From: a virus
Direction: 5' to 3' (one strand)
Virus record (IMG/VR): IMGVR_UViG_3300026488_000025
Location: 15,664-79,663 of that record
DNA: 64,000 bases
The notes beneath the pieces were generated by a model. That model was not told where the DNA came from, searched no databases, and worked only from the letters and a program-made list of their open reading frames with translations. Positions 1-9,412 of the stretch are shown here, piece after piece (the stretch's first letter is position 1; every line of letters starts with the position of its first letter). The position numbers were made by a program, and so were the translations under genes.

Positions 1-696
1 TGAATACTCACCTTTAAGTTTACGAGATTTAGCTTCGATTGATTTTCTAACAATAGAGAATCCAACTTCTTTCATATCGTAACCTAATAACTCAGCTTCG
101 TTAGTTGGTAAAGAACCAGTATAACCTTTAAGAATCTTTCTGAAAGAAAGTTCGTTTGAGTAAGTAGCAGTAACATCAGTATCAGCAGTTGTAAAAGAAA
201 CAGTTGCTTGTCCTTCAGCATCATATGCTCTATCTACATCAACAAGAACAAGTGAACCTTCAACATAAATTACAGTACCAGTAGCAGCAGAAACAGAACC
301 AGTTACAGTATCTCCAATTGCAGGAACAGTAGCCATATCTAAAATTTGTCCACCTTTGATAGGAGAAACTCTTCCACCAGTGTTATCATTTACATTAGTT
401 CCACCACCAGTATAACGAAAGTTAAGTGAGTAGATAAATCCAGTTGGTGTATTAAGTGGTTGAACACCTAAAAGGTCGTTTGCGATAAGCGCAGGCATTA
501 CTCTACGAGCAAGTGGCATAAAGATTGGTGTGAATTGAGTAACATCAGAAGCGATAGTTCCCTCTGCAAGTAGTTTACTTTCTTCAACTTGTTGATTCTC
601 AAGCATAATTGCCATTGTTGATTTTTCTGATTCAGCAAGTGCTGGCATCTTTTCAGACTCGATTAAATCAATATATTTTTCTGTTAATAGTTCCAT
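1..696 (-). CDS. gp23: Major capsid protein gp23, N-terminal part (runs off the window)
   Basis: Manual translation from ATG 696: MELLTEKY...LENQ...FTPIFMPLARRVMPALIANDLLGVQPLNTPTGFIYSLNFRY, the T4 gp23 signature; follows gp22. Confidence 0.93.
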   Translation of the reverse strand, partial: MELLTEKYIDLIESEKMPALAESEKSTMAIMLENQQVEESKLLAEGTIASDVTQFTPIFMPLARRVMPALIANDLLGVQPLNTPTGFIYSLNFRYTGGGTNVNDNTGGRVSPIKGGQILDMATVPAIGDTVTGSVSAATGTVIYVEGSLVLVDVDRAYDAEGQATVSFTTADTDVTATYSNELSFRKILKGYTGSLPTNEAELLGYDMKEVGFSIVRKSIEAKSRKLKGEYS

Positions 697-755
697 ATTA
701 TTTCTCCGTTTGTGTTTATTTGTATTATTTATAAAGTATTAGAAAAGTCTATATA

Positions 756-1517
756 CTAGTATAAGTGTCTAGCACTTGTTTGATAAAGCGCACCAGTTGT
801 TGTTTTTTCTACGATAACTTCTTCAGTTTCTTGTTTCTTTTCAGTAACAATTTCAGCAGGAGTTTCATCGATAACGATTTTTGCTTCAGTAACTTTTACA
901 TCACTTACAGTTGATTTAATAGCATCAAGTTGAGCCATAAATTTTGTAGGGTTTTTAATGTCAAAATCAAGTGTTTCAGCAAGTTTTACGAATTTTTCTT
1001 TTTGAATAACTGTAAGTCCAGCCATTTCTTCCTGAATAAGTCCAGTTTTAAGAAGTTCTTCATTTTGTGCTTTAAGTGTTACAATTTGTTCTACTAATTC
1101 ATCGTTAGACTCGTTAGCTTCGCCAAGTGCTACAACTACTTCATTGTCATCTTCAGCTTTAGCTTCAGATATGTGCATTAAATCTACACCTGCAGTTAAT
1201 AATAAAGAATTAAATCCTTCAAGTACAGCGTCCATTTTTTCTGTTTTAACAGCTTCTTCTATTGCAATTTCGTTTTCAGTCATAAATGTTTCAATAACTT
1301 GGTCTAAATATGCATCTAGTTTATCTGCTAGTTCAGCTTTGTGTGTAGCAATTTCTTCGTTAATGTATGTTTCATATTCTGCTTGTTTTGCTTCTACGAT
1401 TGCCATAGCTTTTTCAGATGATTTAACATCTACCATAGAATCAAAAGATTCAAGAAGTTCTGATTTCATATCACTAGTAAATACTTCGCTATCTAGTTTT
1501 TCTAAAATAAGTTCCAT
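756..1517 (-). CDS. gp22: Prohead core scaffolding protein
   Basis: Acidic coiled coil with KLDAYLDQVIETFMTENEIAIE motif; lies between protease and capsid genes. Confidence 0.85.
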   Translation of the reverse strand: MELILEKLDSEVFTSDMKSELLESFDSMVDVKSSEKAMAIVEAKQAEYETYINEEIATHKAELADKLDAYLDQVIETFMTENEIAIEEAVKTEKMDAVLEGFNSLLLTAGVDLMHISEAKAEDDNEVVVALGEANESNDELVEQIVTLKAQNEELLKTGLIQEEMAGLTVIQKEKFVKLAETLDFDIKNPTKFMAQLDAIKSTVSDVKVTEAKIVIDETPAEIVTEKKQETEEVIVEKTTTGALYQTSARHLY

Positions 1518-1665
1518 TGTTGTTCCTCCGTTGGTTGTTTTTACTAAACTTTAATAATTTAAAGTCGTAAATCATTTGTATTTATAAGAGATAATTGGAG
1601 TGTTTGGGTGTTTTTGAGAGAAAGAATATAGACCTCGTTAAAAGTCTATATAGTGTATTCGTGGT

Positions 1666-2625
1666 TTAAGCGTTCTTCATAGCATCAATTAGTTCTTGTG
1701 CTTTTTGTCTTTTTTGTAGTAGCTCTTCTGAAACTTCTTCAACGATGATTTCTTCTTTAATTTTTACCTTTTCTGTCACTGGTACAGATTTAGCGAATTT
1801 AAGTCTATTAAGCTCACCTTCAACCTTAGTGAATGATTCTGTTACATATTTCTCGTATTTCTTCATTTGTTCAGCAAGTTCATAAGTAGCTAATTCAGCG
1901 AATTCAGCAAGTACTTCTTCTTTGTCTTCGTGTGATAAATCACATAAGATAGATACGCCTCTTGCTTCTAAGATGTCTTTAAGTATAGAAAGATTTTGGA
2001 AATCGCTTACTTCCTCATTAACTTCTTTAGATTCATTAATAACTGTACCAGGTAATTCACACTCACCTACACAACCATTTTCTAAAATTTCGAATTCTTT
2101 TTCAGTTAAAACACCTTCAACGATTCCCATCATTTCTGCATTGTAATCTGATTGACCTTGGTCAGGAATAATATCGTATGTACTTAGTTTGAAATCTTCA
2201 ACTAAACCCGATGATGATACTTTACCAACACCACGACTTGATACAGACATTTTAATACCGGCATCAATTAATGTTTTTAGTTGGTTAGCTTTAGGATTAT
2301 CTAATAGGAATGCTTCTCCCATTACATATTTTCTGTCATCAGAAATATATAGTTTACTAATTTTAGCAACTGCTTCCATCATATCTACATTAGCTCTTGG
2401 TGGGTGATTGAGTTCCATTAAAGAATTACTAGCACCTTTACTTAATGTGTCTTGGTATTTCTTAACTTGGCTTTCCCAAATCGTTCTAGGGTAAACTCTA
2501 CCATTTTTGTTCTTCTCACCTATTGTACTGAAAATCCCTGAAATCTTGTATCTAGGAGTGCTAGATGATTCAGTTAATTCCTGTTCAAAAGTTACTTGGT
2601 TTTCTTCTTCGTAATATAATTTCAT
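1666..2625 (-). CDS. gp21: Prohead core protease
   Basis: ISGIF, NKNGRVYP, ELNHP, VSSRGVG motifs. Confidence 0.93.
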   Translation of the reverse strand: MKLYYEEENQVTFEQELTESSSTPRYKISGIFSTIGEKNKNGRVYPRTIWESQVKKYQDTLSKGASNSLMELNHPPRANVDMMEAVAKISKLYISDDRKYVMGEAFLLDNPKANQLKTLIDAGIKMSVSSRGVGKVSSSGLVEDFKLSTYDIIPDQGQSDYNAEMMGIVEGVLTEKEFEILENGCVGECELPGTVINESKEVNEEVSDFQNLSILKDILEARGVSILCDLSHEDKEEVLAEFAELATYELAEQMKKYEKYVTESFTKVEGELNRLKFAKSVPVTEKVKIKEEIIVEEVSEELLQKRQKAQELIDAMKNA

Positions 2626-2643
2626 TTTATACCTCTGTTAATT

Positions 2644-2913
2644 TTAATCTTCAGTAGTAGCAGGTTTTTCAGTTTCAGTTGGCGTTTCTTCAACTGGAGT
2701 TTCTACTTCAGTTTCAACTGGAGTTTCTTCAACTGGTTCTGATATTTGAGCAAATGTTTCTTTAGCTTTCTGAAATGTTTCTAATTCTGCTGCTTTAGCT
2801 ACTATCGTAGGATGATTTCTTAGTTTATCATCTAATGTTTGCTTCACTGCTTTACTAAATTCAGAAAACTTTTTATCGTTTGCTAAATCTATAACTTCTG
2901 TTTTATTTTCCAT
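2644..2913 (-). CDS. Small acidic prohead core protein (gp67/68 position)
   Basis: Synteny between portal and protease; Glu/Thr/Pro-rich tail. Confidence 0.5.
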   Translation of the reverse strand: MENKTEVIDLANDKKFSEFSKAVKQTLDDKLRNHPTIVAKAAELETFQKAKETFAQISEPVEETPVETEVETPVEETPTETEKPATTED

Positions 2914-2967
2914 TTTTGAATCCTTTAAATTCGTTGTTTTGTTATTCTCTATTATTTATAAGAGATT

Positions 2968-4491
2968 CTACCACTGCTCATCGCCTTCTTCTGCTGCTGC
3001 ATAGAAACGAGCATAGATAGGGTCATCTTTTTCTTTATCTATTTCTTCTGATAATTCTTGAATTTCTTCATCCGTCATCTTAAAGATTTCTTTGAATACA
3101 AATCTATGAGAGAAAATCTTACCAACATATTCTTCAATGTCTTGGTACTGCGATATTCTCTCTGATAATGTTTCTCTATTCATTTTGTCATAGAAAACAT
3201 TTTCAGTACTAAAACGAATAATAAGATTTTTTTGTACTATATTCCACTCATCTAATGTCATAAGACCTTTAGATAGCATTTGTCTTTTAAGAAGCTCATA
3301 GAATACTTGTAAGAATGTTTTTCTAACACCTGAAACGAATGCATAGAATTTAATTTCTTCTCTTGAATTTGAACTATCATCGAATGTAAATTCTCCAGTC
3401 GATTCTTCATCATTAATTCTATCAGTAGGTACTTTCAGTGCAGTATATAATTTTCTTTTAAAGTAAAGAATATCTGCTAGTTCACCTAAGTTTCCAGTTT
3501 CATCGATTGTATCAACCGTTGTACCTTTTTGTCCATCACGGTTAGGGAACCAATAGTCTTCCGTCAAAGCAGCGACATGCTGCTGATTAGCAATCGTACC
3601 TGATTCTACATCATAGAATTTCTTGTACTTGAATTTATTTTGGGTCTTAATCATTACCTCTTCGGCTTTCTTGTTGTTAAGGTTGGCAACATCAACATTA
3701 AAAACTCTACGAGATACAGAACGACTAAATCTCATTGGAATTAACATATCTTCAAGCGTCTGTAGCATATTTGCTGGTTTAATAGCTTTATGTAAATGAC
3801 CCAAAATAAGTTGTTCGTGGTAGATACCTGAATCTATTCTTATAACCTCTTCTTTATCGAACCACTCTGTATTAGTAGCAGAGTGAAGCATATAGTTATT
3901 CGTATTTTCATAATCTTTATCATATTCCCATCTATCTTTTGAATAGTTGAAAAATAAACCTAACGGGTTGATTATTCTAAGTTTTTTGATACCTTCAGAT
4001 TCTTTGTTCTCTTCATACGAACAATGTAGATTTAACTGACCATCTACATAAAACTGCTTATAAAGACTGTGTAGATTTTTTTCGATGTTCATCATACTAG
4101 AAATTTCTTCAAATTCTTTAGTGATTGTATCTTGCACACTAATAGGTGTATCTGAATCAGTATAATCAATTTCAATAGGGTGTTTTTGGTCTGTTGGAGT
4201 AAAGATGCTTTCATTAACAATTTCTGTAATTGCTGCTTCAACTTCAGGTGAGTTGGCAATTCTTCTGTATTGGTTAATAAGCTCTGTTTGTTTCTTTAGG
4301 TACGATTGTTTCTTAGACTGATTAAGAAATCTGTTACCTTCGTTGGCATCAAAGAATCCAGTTGGCGCGAGGTCTTCGAAGCTGTCAAGATTGCTGTCAA
4401 TTCTATCGATTTCTGGCGTACTTGAATATTCAGCTTTATTGTCTTCAGTTCTCTTTAAGAACGGTTTTGTTATACTTTCTAATAAAGTCAT
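2968..4491 (-). CDS. gp20: Portal vertex protein
   Basis: YVDG, HKAIKPANMLQTLED, RRVFNVDV, EDYWFPNRDGQKGT, YFKRKLYTALKVP. Confidence 0.96.
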   Translation of the reverse strand: MTLLESITKPFLKRTEDNKAEYSSTPEIDRIDSNLDSFEDLAPTGFFDANEGNRFLNQSKKQSYLKKQTELINQYRRIANSPEVEAAITEIVNESIFTPTDQKHPIEIDYTDSDTPISVQDTITKEFEEISSMMNIEKNLHSLYKQFYVDGQLNLHCSYEENKESEGIKKLRIINPLGLFFNYSKDRWEYDKDYENTNNYMLHSATNTEWFDKEEVIRIDSGIYHEQLILGHLHKAIKPANMLQTLEDMLIPMRFSRSVSRRVFNVDVANLNNKKAEEVMIKTQNKFKYKKFYDVESGTIANQQHVAALTEDYWFPNRDGQKGTTVDTIDETGNLGELADILYFKRKLYTALKVPTDRINDEESTGEFTFDDSSNSREEIKFYAFVSGVRKTFLQVFYELLKRQMLSKGLMTLDEWNIVQKNLIIRFSTENVFYDKMNRETLSERISQYQDIEEYVGKIFSHRFVFKEIFKMTDEEIQELSEEIDKEKDDPIYARFYAAAEEGDEQW

Positions 4492-4522
4492 ATAATCACC
4501 TTTGTTTATGATTATTTATAAC

Positions 4523-5269
4523 TTAGTTCTTATGTATAATCCCTTCTTTAACGAGGCGGTTTATTTCTTTCATATTCTTTTTGACTCTTTCATAATATAG
4601 ATTATTGTGCCACCCACCATTGTATTTACTGATAGCTCCAAAATACGGGTTTCCTCGATTCTCTCTAACTGCTCTGTCATAATTGTATTTAAGGTATGAG
4701 TGTGCTACGATAGTATTGAAATGAATATCACCTAAAAGTTTACTAACAAGCACCGTATCTAAAAGAGAGAAACCATAATACTCTTTGTATAGTTCTTTAT
4801 TCTTATCTAGGACTCTATTTGCCCATTTAAGGACTTGTTTGTCTTTTTTATCATTGATGCCATCGTAGTATTTCGGGTTATTTACTATTTTAGTGAATTT
4901 ATTGATTTTTCTTTTGATTTTTGTAAATTTTTGTGTTAGTCTATGAGGTACATACAGATAATAGTAATTCTCGTGCATATAAGATTCTTTCAACATCATT
5001 TCTCTTGCCGTTATTACTCTAGTTTGTAAAACACCGAGTGATGCTTCAGTCAAACCTGAATATTTGCTGTGTATTTGTTGGTCGCCTACTATATTCTTCC
5101 CGGCTGATGATTCTGTAAGTGCCATAGCACATAAAGTTTTCTCAAAAGAGTGTCCATCGATAGCCTTCATTTCTAAACCAGTATTATACACTTCATTTAG
5201 GACACTTATCTGGTATTCCGAATAACCGTATAAAAAAGTAGATAACATTATAATTAAAATCTTCTTCAA
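4523..5269 (-). CDS. Putative lytic transglycosylase/lysozyme-like protein with signal peptide
   Basis: N-terminal hydrophobic signal; ALTESS catalytic-like Glu; GVLQ; AISKYNGG. Confidence 0.6.
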   Translation of the reverse strand: MKKILIIMLSTFLYGYSEYQISVLNEVYNTGLEMKAIDGHSFEKTLCAMALTESSAGKNIVGDQQIHSKYSGLTEASLGVLQTRVITAREMMLKESYMHENYYYLYVPHRLTQKFTKIKRKINKFTKIVNNPKYYDGINDKKDKQVLKWANRVLDKNKELYKEYYGFSLLDTVLVSKLLGDIHFNTIVAHSYLKYNYDRAVRENRGNPYFGAISKYNGGWHNNLYYERVKKNMKEINRLVKEGIIHKN

Positions 5270-5311
5270 ATAAATCCTTTATGTAGTATTATAACATACA
5301 AAGACTTAAAG

Positions 5312-5986
5312 CTAGATGAATTTAGAAGCTTTAAGTGGGTAGTACTTTCCGTGTTGGAAATAAGGCATTTCTATACCTTTACCAGAGATTTTTTCAGTAA
5401 CAAGGACTTTAAAGTTAAGCTCTCGTTCTAGTTCTCCCGGGTTGTTGAACTCATTCTTTGATTTTTTCTCTAATAGCACAAGATTATCTGGTACGATACC
5501 TTGAATATACGGATTAACACAAAACCACACGAAGCCTTTTCTTTGGGTCTTGTCGCCGAATCTGTAAATAGGTACATCACCTAAATCACGACTGAATTGT
5601 TGGACTTGTTCTTTGTTCATACTCTTGAAGAACATTACATATTCTGCATCTTTAGCATCAATCAATACTTTAGGCGAAACAAATTTCTCGAATTTCTTAG
5701 GTGAGTCTGTTTGTCTTCTTAGTAGATAAGGGACTTCATTACTCCTACGAGGTTTCAGTACATTCGTTAGATACTTAGCATCTGCCGAAGTAATTTCTTC
5801 ATAATTCACAAAAGTAGGTAAATCCTTATCATCTATTTGTATGTACCAGTTGAACGGCATTCTTGTGCTGATATATTCTTGATACGGTATCTTATTATTT
5901 TTCGCTGCTGTAAGAAACTCGTTATAAGCTGTTACATCATAATAATCATCAAATGTTATATAAACTTTACTCATTGGTGCCCTCAC
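5312..5986 (-). CDS. Hypothetical protein
   Basis: 224-aa ORF in a gene run. Confidence 0.6.
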   Translation of the reverse strand: MRAPMSKVYITFDDYYDVTAYNEFLTAAKNNKIPYQEYISTRMPFNWYIQIDDKDLPTFVNYEEITSADAKYLTNVLKPRRSNEVPYLLRRQTDSPKKFEKFVSPKVLIDAKDAEYVMFFKSMNKEQVQQFSRDLGDVPIYRFGDKTQRKGFVWFCVNPYIQGIVPDNLVLLEKKSKNEFNNPGELERELNFKVLVTEKISGKGIEMPYFQHGKYYPLKASKFI

Positions 5987-6230
5987 TTATTAGAAGCATT
6001 GTAGAAACCTTAACCATTAGTCCAGTGTACTCATCATAGATTAATATAGCTTCATTTTTCGAAATACCTAATGTAGATGCAATCTCGACCATCATTTCTG
6101 CTATTAACGGTTCTATTATACTATTAAGTTCATCTGCTGTCAATACATCTATTTTTGCTGCTATGATATTGTCGATGTTGTATTCTTCTTCTATGAAGCG
6201 GATAACAGTTACTTGTGCATCATTAATCAT
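5967..6230 (-). CDS. Hypothetical protein
   Basis: ORF overlapping both neighbours. Confidence 0.55.
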   Translation of the reverse strand: MINDAQVTVIRFIEEEYNIDNIIAAKIDVLTADELNSIIEPLIAEMMVEIASTLGISKNEAILIYDEYTGLMVKVSTMLLISEGTNE

Positions 6231-6745
6231 TTCTTTCTCCTTTTCTTAACGCTCATCTTCCAAGCATCACTTGATGAGATTCCCATAAAATGTTCGCCTC
6301 TAAGCTCCACCACTTTCAAGTAGCTTTCGTGTGGAATCAAAATACCTTTCTTACTTATTCTCTTATTTATATATTTTCTTAGTGCTGGAGCACCACTCTT
6401 AGCAAGTAACTTTAACATTCCCTGATAAGTAAAATCTAAAGGTTTTCCTGCTTTAATATTTCTTTTGTTTCTTCTTAGTATAATCTTCATTAAATTCTTT
6501 CTTACAGAAGGTGGTATCCAGTGCCAGTTTAATGCAAGAGTATGTCTGCTATTTCTACCTAGTATCATTGCCATAGGGGTAGCATCATACGGTGATTTCT
6601 TATCTTTTGCATTATAAGAATACATTATTATTTGTCCAGGCTGGAAATCTGAAGCCTTTAGTATTTTAGGTTTTTTTGCTAAATGTTTTACTAAATCAAA
6701 AGCTTCTTTCTCGTTACTCGTTAGTTTTTTTCTTATTTTACTCAT
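6227..6745 (-). CDS. gp2: DNA end protector protein
   Basis: PGQIIMYSYNAKDK..PYDATP and ALNWHWIPP resemble T4 gp2. Confidence 0.75.
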   Translation of the reverse strand: MSKIRKKLTSNEKEAFDLVKHLAKKPKILKASDFQPGQIIMYSYNAKDKKSPYDATPMAMILGRNSRHTLALNWHWIPPSVRKNLMKIILRRNKRNIKAGKPLDFTYQGMLKLLAKSGAPALRKYINKRISKKGILIPHESYLKVVELRGEHFMGISSSDAWKMSVKKRRKK

Positions 6746-7118
6746 TCGGTACTCCTAGTATTGCACTAATTTTTTCTTTGAGGACTTGTGGTGTAAACGG
6801 CTTGACAATGTAGTTATTCACGCCTGCTCGCAAAGCTTCGAGAACGCTCATTTTCCCACCCTCTGTCGTAACCATTACAATAGGTATCTCTTTATTCACT
6901 ACACGAACTTTTTTAACGAATTCTAGTCCATTCATTACGGGCATATTCCAATCTGTGATAATAATATCGAAAGGTTTATCGAATGAAGCTAGTGTATAAG
7001 CTTCAAATGCTTCTTCTCCATTGATTGCTTTCGTGACATCTTTGTACTCTAACCTAGCTAGTGTATTGGCAATAATCCTCAGCATCGTTGTGCTATCATC
7101 TACAATTAGTATTTTCAT
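6738..7118 (-). CDS. cheY: CheY chemotaxis response regulator (probable start 7118)
   Basis: MKILIVDDS, ITDWNMP, VTTEGGK, AGVNNYIVKPFTPQVLKEK, very like Helicobacter/Campylobacter CheY. Confidence 0.9.
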   Translation of the reverse strand: MKILIVDDSTTMLRIIANTLARLEYKDVTKAINGEEAFEAYTLASFDKPFDIIITDWNMPVMNGLEFVKKVRVVNKEIPIVMVTTEGGKMSVLEALRAGVNNYIVKPFTPQVLKEKISAILGVPNE

Positions 7119-7131
7119 ATAAATATTTATA
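7118..7131. promoter_or_regulatory. Palindromic pair of overlapping divergent T4-type late promoters
   Basis: TATAAATATTTATA contains TATAAATA on both strands, between cheY and gp4. Confidence 0.7.
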
Positions 7132-7142
7132 AAGGATTCAGA

Positions 7143-7643
7143 ATGGCATTCAAGAAAAAAACTCTCAAACAAGGTTATTTTACTCCAAAATTCCCAGACA
7201 AATATATTATTACAGAAAAGAGCATCACGAAAGGGAATGGTATTAGGTATATGAGTGGATGGGAAAGAATGTTTTTTGATTTCTGTGACCTGAACCCTAA
7301 TGTACTATCTTGGAATTCTGAAGGTATTCAAATTCCTTATATCTCACCATTAGATAATAGACAGCATACATATTATCCTGATGTGTATCTTGAGGTTAGA
7401 AGAGCTGATGGTTCAGTAGAGAAATCTTTAGTGGAAATTAAACCTAATGCTGAGCGTATGCCCCCTAAGGAACCTAAGAAGAAAACAGAAAAGAGTAAAG
7501 CTAGGTATATGAAACAATGTCAAACATTTTTAGTGAATCAGGCGAAATGGGAACAGGCGGAAAGGTTTTGTAATGATAATGGTATTACTTGGAAGATTAT
7601 GGATGAATACTCTTTGGGTATAAAAAAACAACCAAAGAAATGA
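7143..7643 (+). CDS. gp4: Head completion nuclease
   Basis: P..PDKY, Y.SGWE..F..FCD.NP, WNSE, YYPD, VEIKP, VNQAKW. Confidence 0.9.
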   Translation: MAFKKKTLKQGYFTPKFPDKYIITEKSITKGNGIRYMSGWERMFFDFCDLNPNVLSWNSEGIQIPYISPLDNRQHTYYPDVYLEVRRADGSVEKSLVEIKPNAERMPPKEPKKKTEKSKARYMKQCQTFLVNQAKWEQAERFCNDNGITWKIMDEYSLGIKKQPKK

Positions 7644-7804
7644 AATTCAAATTAGAAGATACATCATACGAATCAATATTAGAAGTAAGAAAAGCACTAC
7701 AAGATTACAAATATACAGTAACACTTGATAACATTTATACAGTCGAAGGTGAATCAAAAGGTATTATAAGCAATCTTCAATTCGTGATAATAACAGTCTT
7801 ATAA
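7640..7804 (+). CDS. Small hypothetical protein (54 aa; not in ORF track)
   Basis: ATGA overlap with gp4 stop; open to TAA 7804. Confidence 0.45.
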   Translation: MKFKLEDTSYESILEVRKALQDYKYTVTLDNIYTVEGESKGIISNLQFVIITVL

Positions 7805-7890
7805 ATACATTTAATAAGAGGAATCTTGTTTGAACTAACTCTTCGCGGTCTTTAGTTCAAACAAGATTCAGGCCGCGAACCACTCTTATA
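7800..7890 (+). promoter_or_regulatory. Late promoter plus structured endonuclease leader, copy 1
   Basis: TATAAATA 7800; 18-bp inverted repeat 7821-7838/7852-7869; loop complementary to 7870-7879; TAAGAG/CTCTTA frame. Confidence 0.8.
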
Positions 7891-7912
7891 ATTTACTTAT
7901 AGGAGTTCTCTA

Positions 7913-8683
7913 ATGAACCTTACAGAAATATTACACGAATTCAAATCACATAACCTTAACATAATCGATGAATCTAAACTTATAGAGTATATAGACTTTT
8001 GCATATCTCACAATCAAAATAACAAAATAATGTACAAAACAGCACACCATCACATTCTACCACAAGCAGTAAAACTACCATTTGGTAACTTCAGCGACCT
8101 CAAATCAAATCCTTGGAACGGCGTGCATTTACTACACAAAGACCATTATGACGCACACTTTCTACTTTGTCAATCAATAGAGCATTATAGCATAGTGAGT
8201 TCATTTTATGCTATGAATAATAAAGATTTAAAGAATAAGAGATTAGATAAAAATGATATGGTTTCTGAAGATGTTACGGAATTGTTATTAAGAGATAGAA
8301 CTAAACTAGTAACAGCAGAATATCTATTAAACGGTGAATATACTTCTATAGCTAAAGAAGTGGGTAAGAAAGCATCTATAACGAAAAGAAAAGGATTTAT
8401 AAAAGATGGGAACCTGACTACGATAGCTAAAGAAAGCGGAAAGAAAAGAACAGCTACAAATAATGGTAGAGCTATTACAGTTGTTATTTACAATATTAAT
8501 AATGAAGTTATTGAAGAGTGTAACGGTACTTTCTTTGCTTTTTGTAAAATACATTCATTGGATTATACATCGTTAAAGAACGCGTCTAAAGATAGTAGAT
8601 TATTCAAGACAAATCTAAGTAAAGCAAGAGCTATAAACCAAGGAAAAGAAAAGTTTATAGGTTGTTATACAGAAACTAAATAG
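7913..8683 (+). CDS. Free-standing HNH-type homing endonuclease
   Basis: AHHHILP...N..HL..KDHYDAHFLL, a MobB/MobE-like HNH motif. Confidence 0.75.
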   Translation: MNLTEILHEFKSHNLNIIDESKLIEYIDFCISHNQNNKIMYKTAHHHILPQAVKLPFGNFSDLKSNPWNGVHLLHKDHYDAHFLLCQSIEHYSIVSSFYAMNNKDLKNKRLDKNDMVSEDVTELLLRDRTKLVTAEYLLNGEYTSIAKEVGKKASITKRKGFIKDGNLTTIAKESGKKRTATNNGRAITVVIYNINNEVIEECNGTFFAFCKIHSLDYTSLKNASKDSRLFKTNLSKARAINQGKEKFIGCYTETK

Positions 8684-9013
8684 TTATTTCTCCTCCTTAA
8701 TAAATGTATCAGTTTCCTGAGCCATAGCAATCTCTTTGAATGTTCTAATTTGCTTCTTCTTTTTTGGTTTCTTGAATATAGCTGTATCGGGTGCTGTACC
8801 TAAGTCTGCTGATGCTGTTACTTCCTGAATACGATATGCTCTTTTCATAATCATTTCTCGTTCTTCTATATTAAAAGAACCATATAACAGTTTTTCATCA
8901 TATTTATTATCCTTTATTATCTGAGCAATTAAATCTAGTCTATTATCATTTTTTAGAGGGCTCTTAAAGTATTCTTTTGCTAGTTTCTGTATATCTTTTT
9001 CTATTGTGTGCAT
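8684..9013 (-). CDS. Hypothetical protein
   Basis: ORF with GGAG SD. Confidence 0.55.
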   Translation of the reverse strand: MHTIEKDIQKLAKEYFKSPLKNDNRLDLIAQIIKDNKYDEKLLYGSFNIEEREMIMKRAYRIQEVTASADLGTAPDTAIFKKPKKKKQIRTFKEIAMAQETDTFIKEEK

Positions 9014-9022
9014 ATCAATCTC

Positions 9023-9394
9023 CTAAGACTCGTATATTCTATAAATGTAATACGGAATCATTCCACCATATTCAAAATCTACCATTTTAGCACAAGCTAA
9101 TCTAATTGGTGCATCACCTGTAATTAAATCTTCATTATCTTCCATAATTGCATCATCTGTCATTAAGAAGAAATCTTTACCTTTCTTATCGATACCAGTC
9201 ATATAAACAAAACCATTTTCTGCTACTAACATTTTGATATTAGCATCTGGTCTTTCTATAATAATTCTCTGATTAGCATAAGCACTCTCGTGATTGATAT
9301 ATGCTTTCTTGATGGGTTTTATGTTTGAAACAAGATATTTTCTTACTTTGTCCCAAATTACACCTTCGTTTACAAATTCGCTAAATTTTTTCAT
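9023..9394 (-). CDS. Putative internal head protein
   Basis: N-terminus MKKFSEFVNE resembles T4 capsid-targeting sequence MKTYQEFIAE. Confidence 0.55.
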   Translation of the reverse strand: MKKFSEFVNEGVIWDKVRKYLVSNIKPIKKAYINHESAYANQRIIIERPDANIKMLVAENGFVYMTGIDKKGKDFFLMTDDAIMEDNEDLITGDAPIRLACAKMVDFEYGGMIPYYIYRIYES

Positions 9395-9412
9395 ATTAAT
9401 CTCCGTTTAAGT

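Noticed and set aside
7821-7879. Endonuclease leader as a classical H-type pseudoknot or intrinsic terminator
   Set aside because: A zero-length linker cannot span an 18-20 bp stem, and there is no U-tract after the long stem
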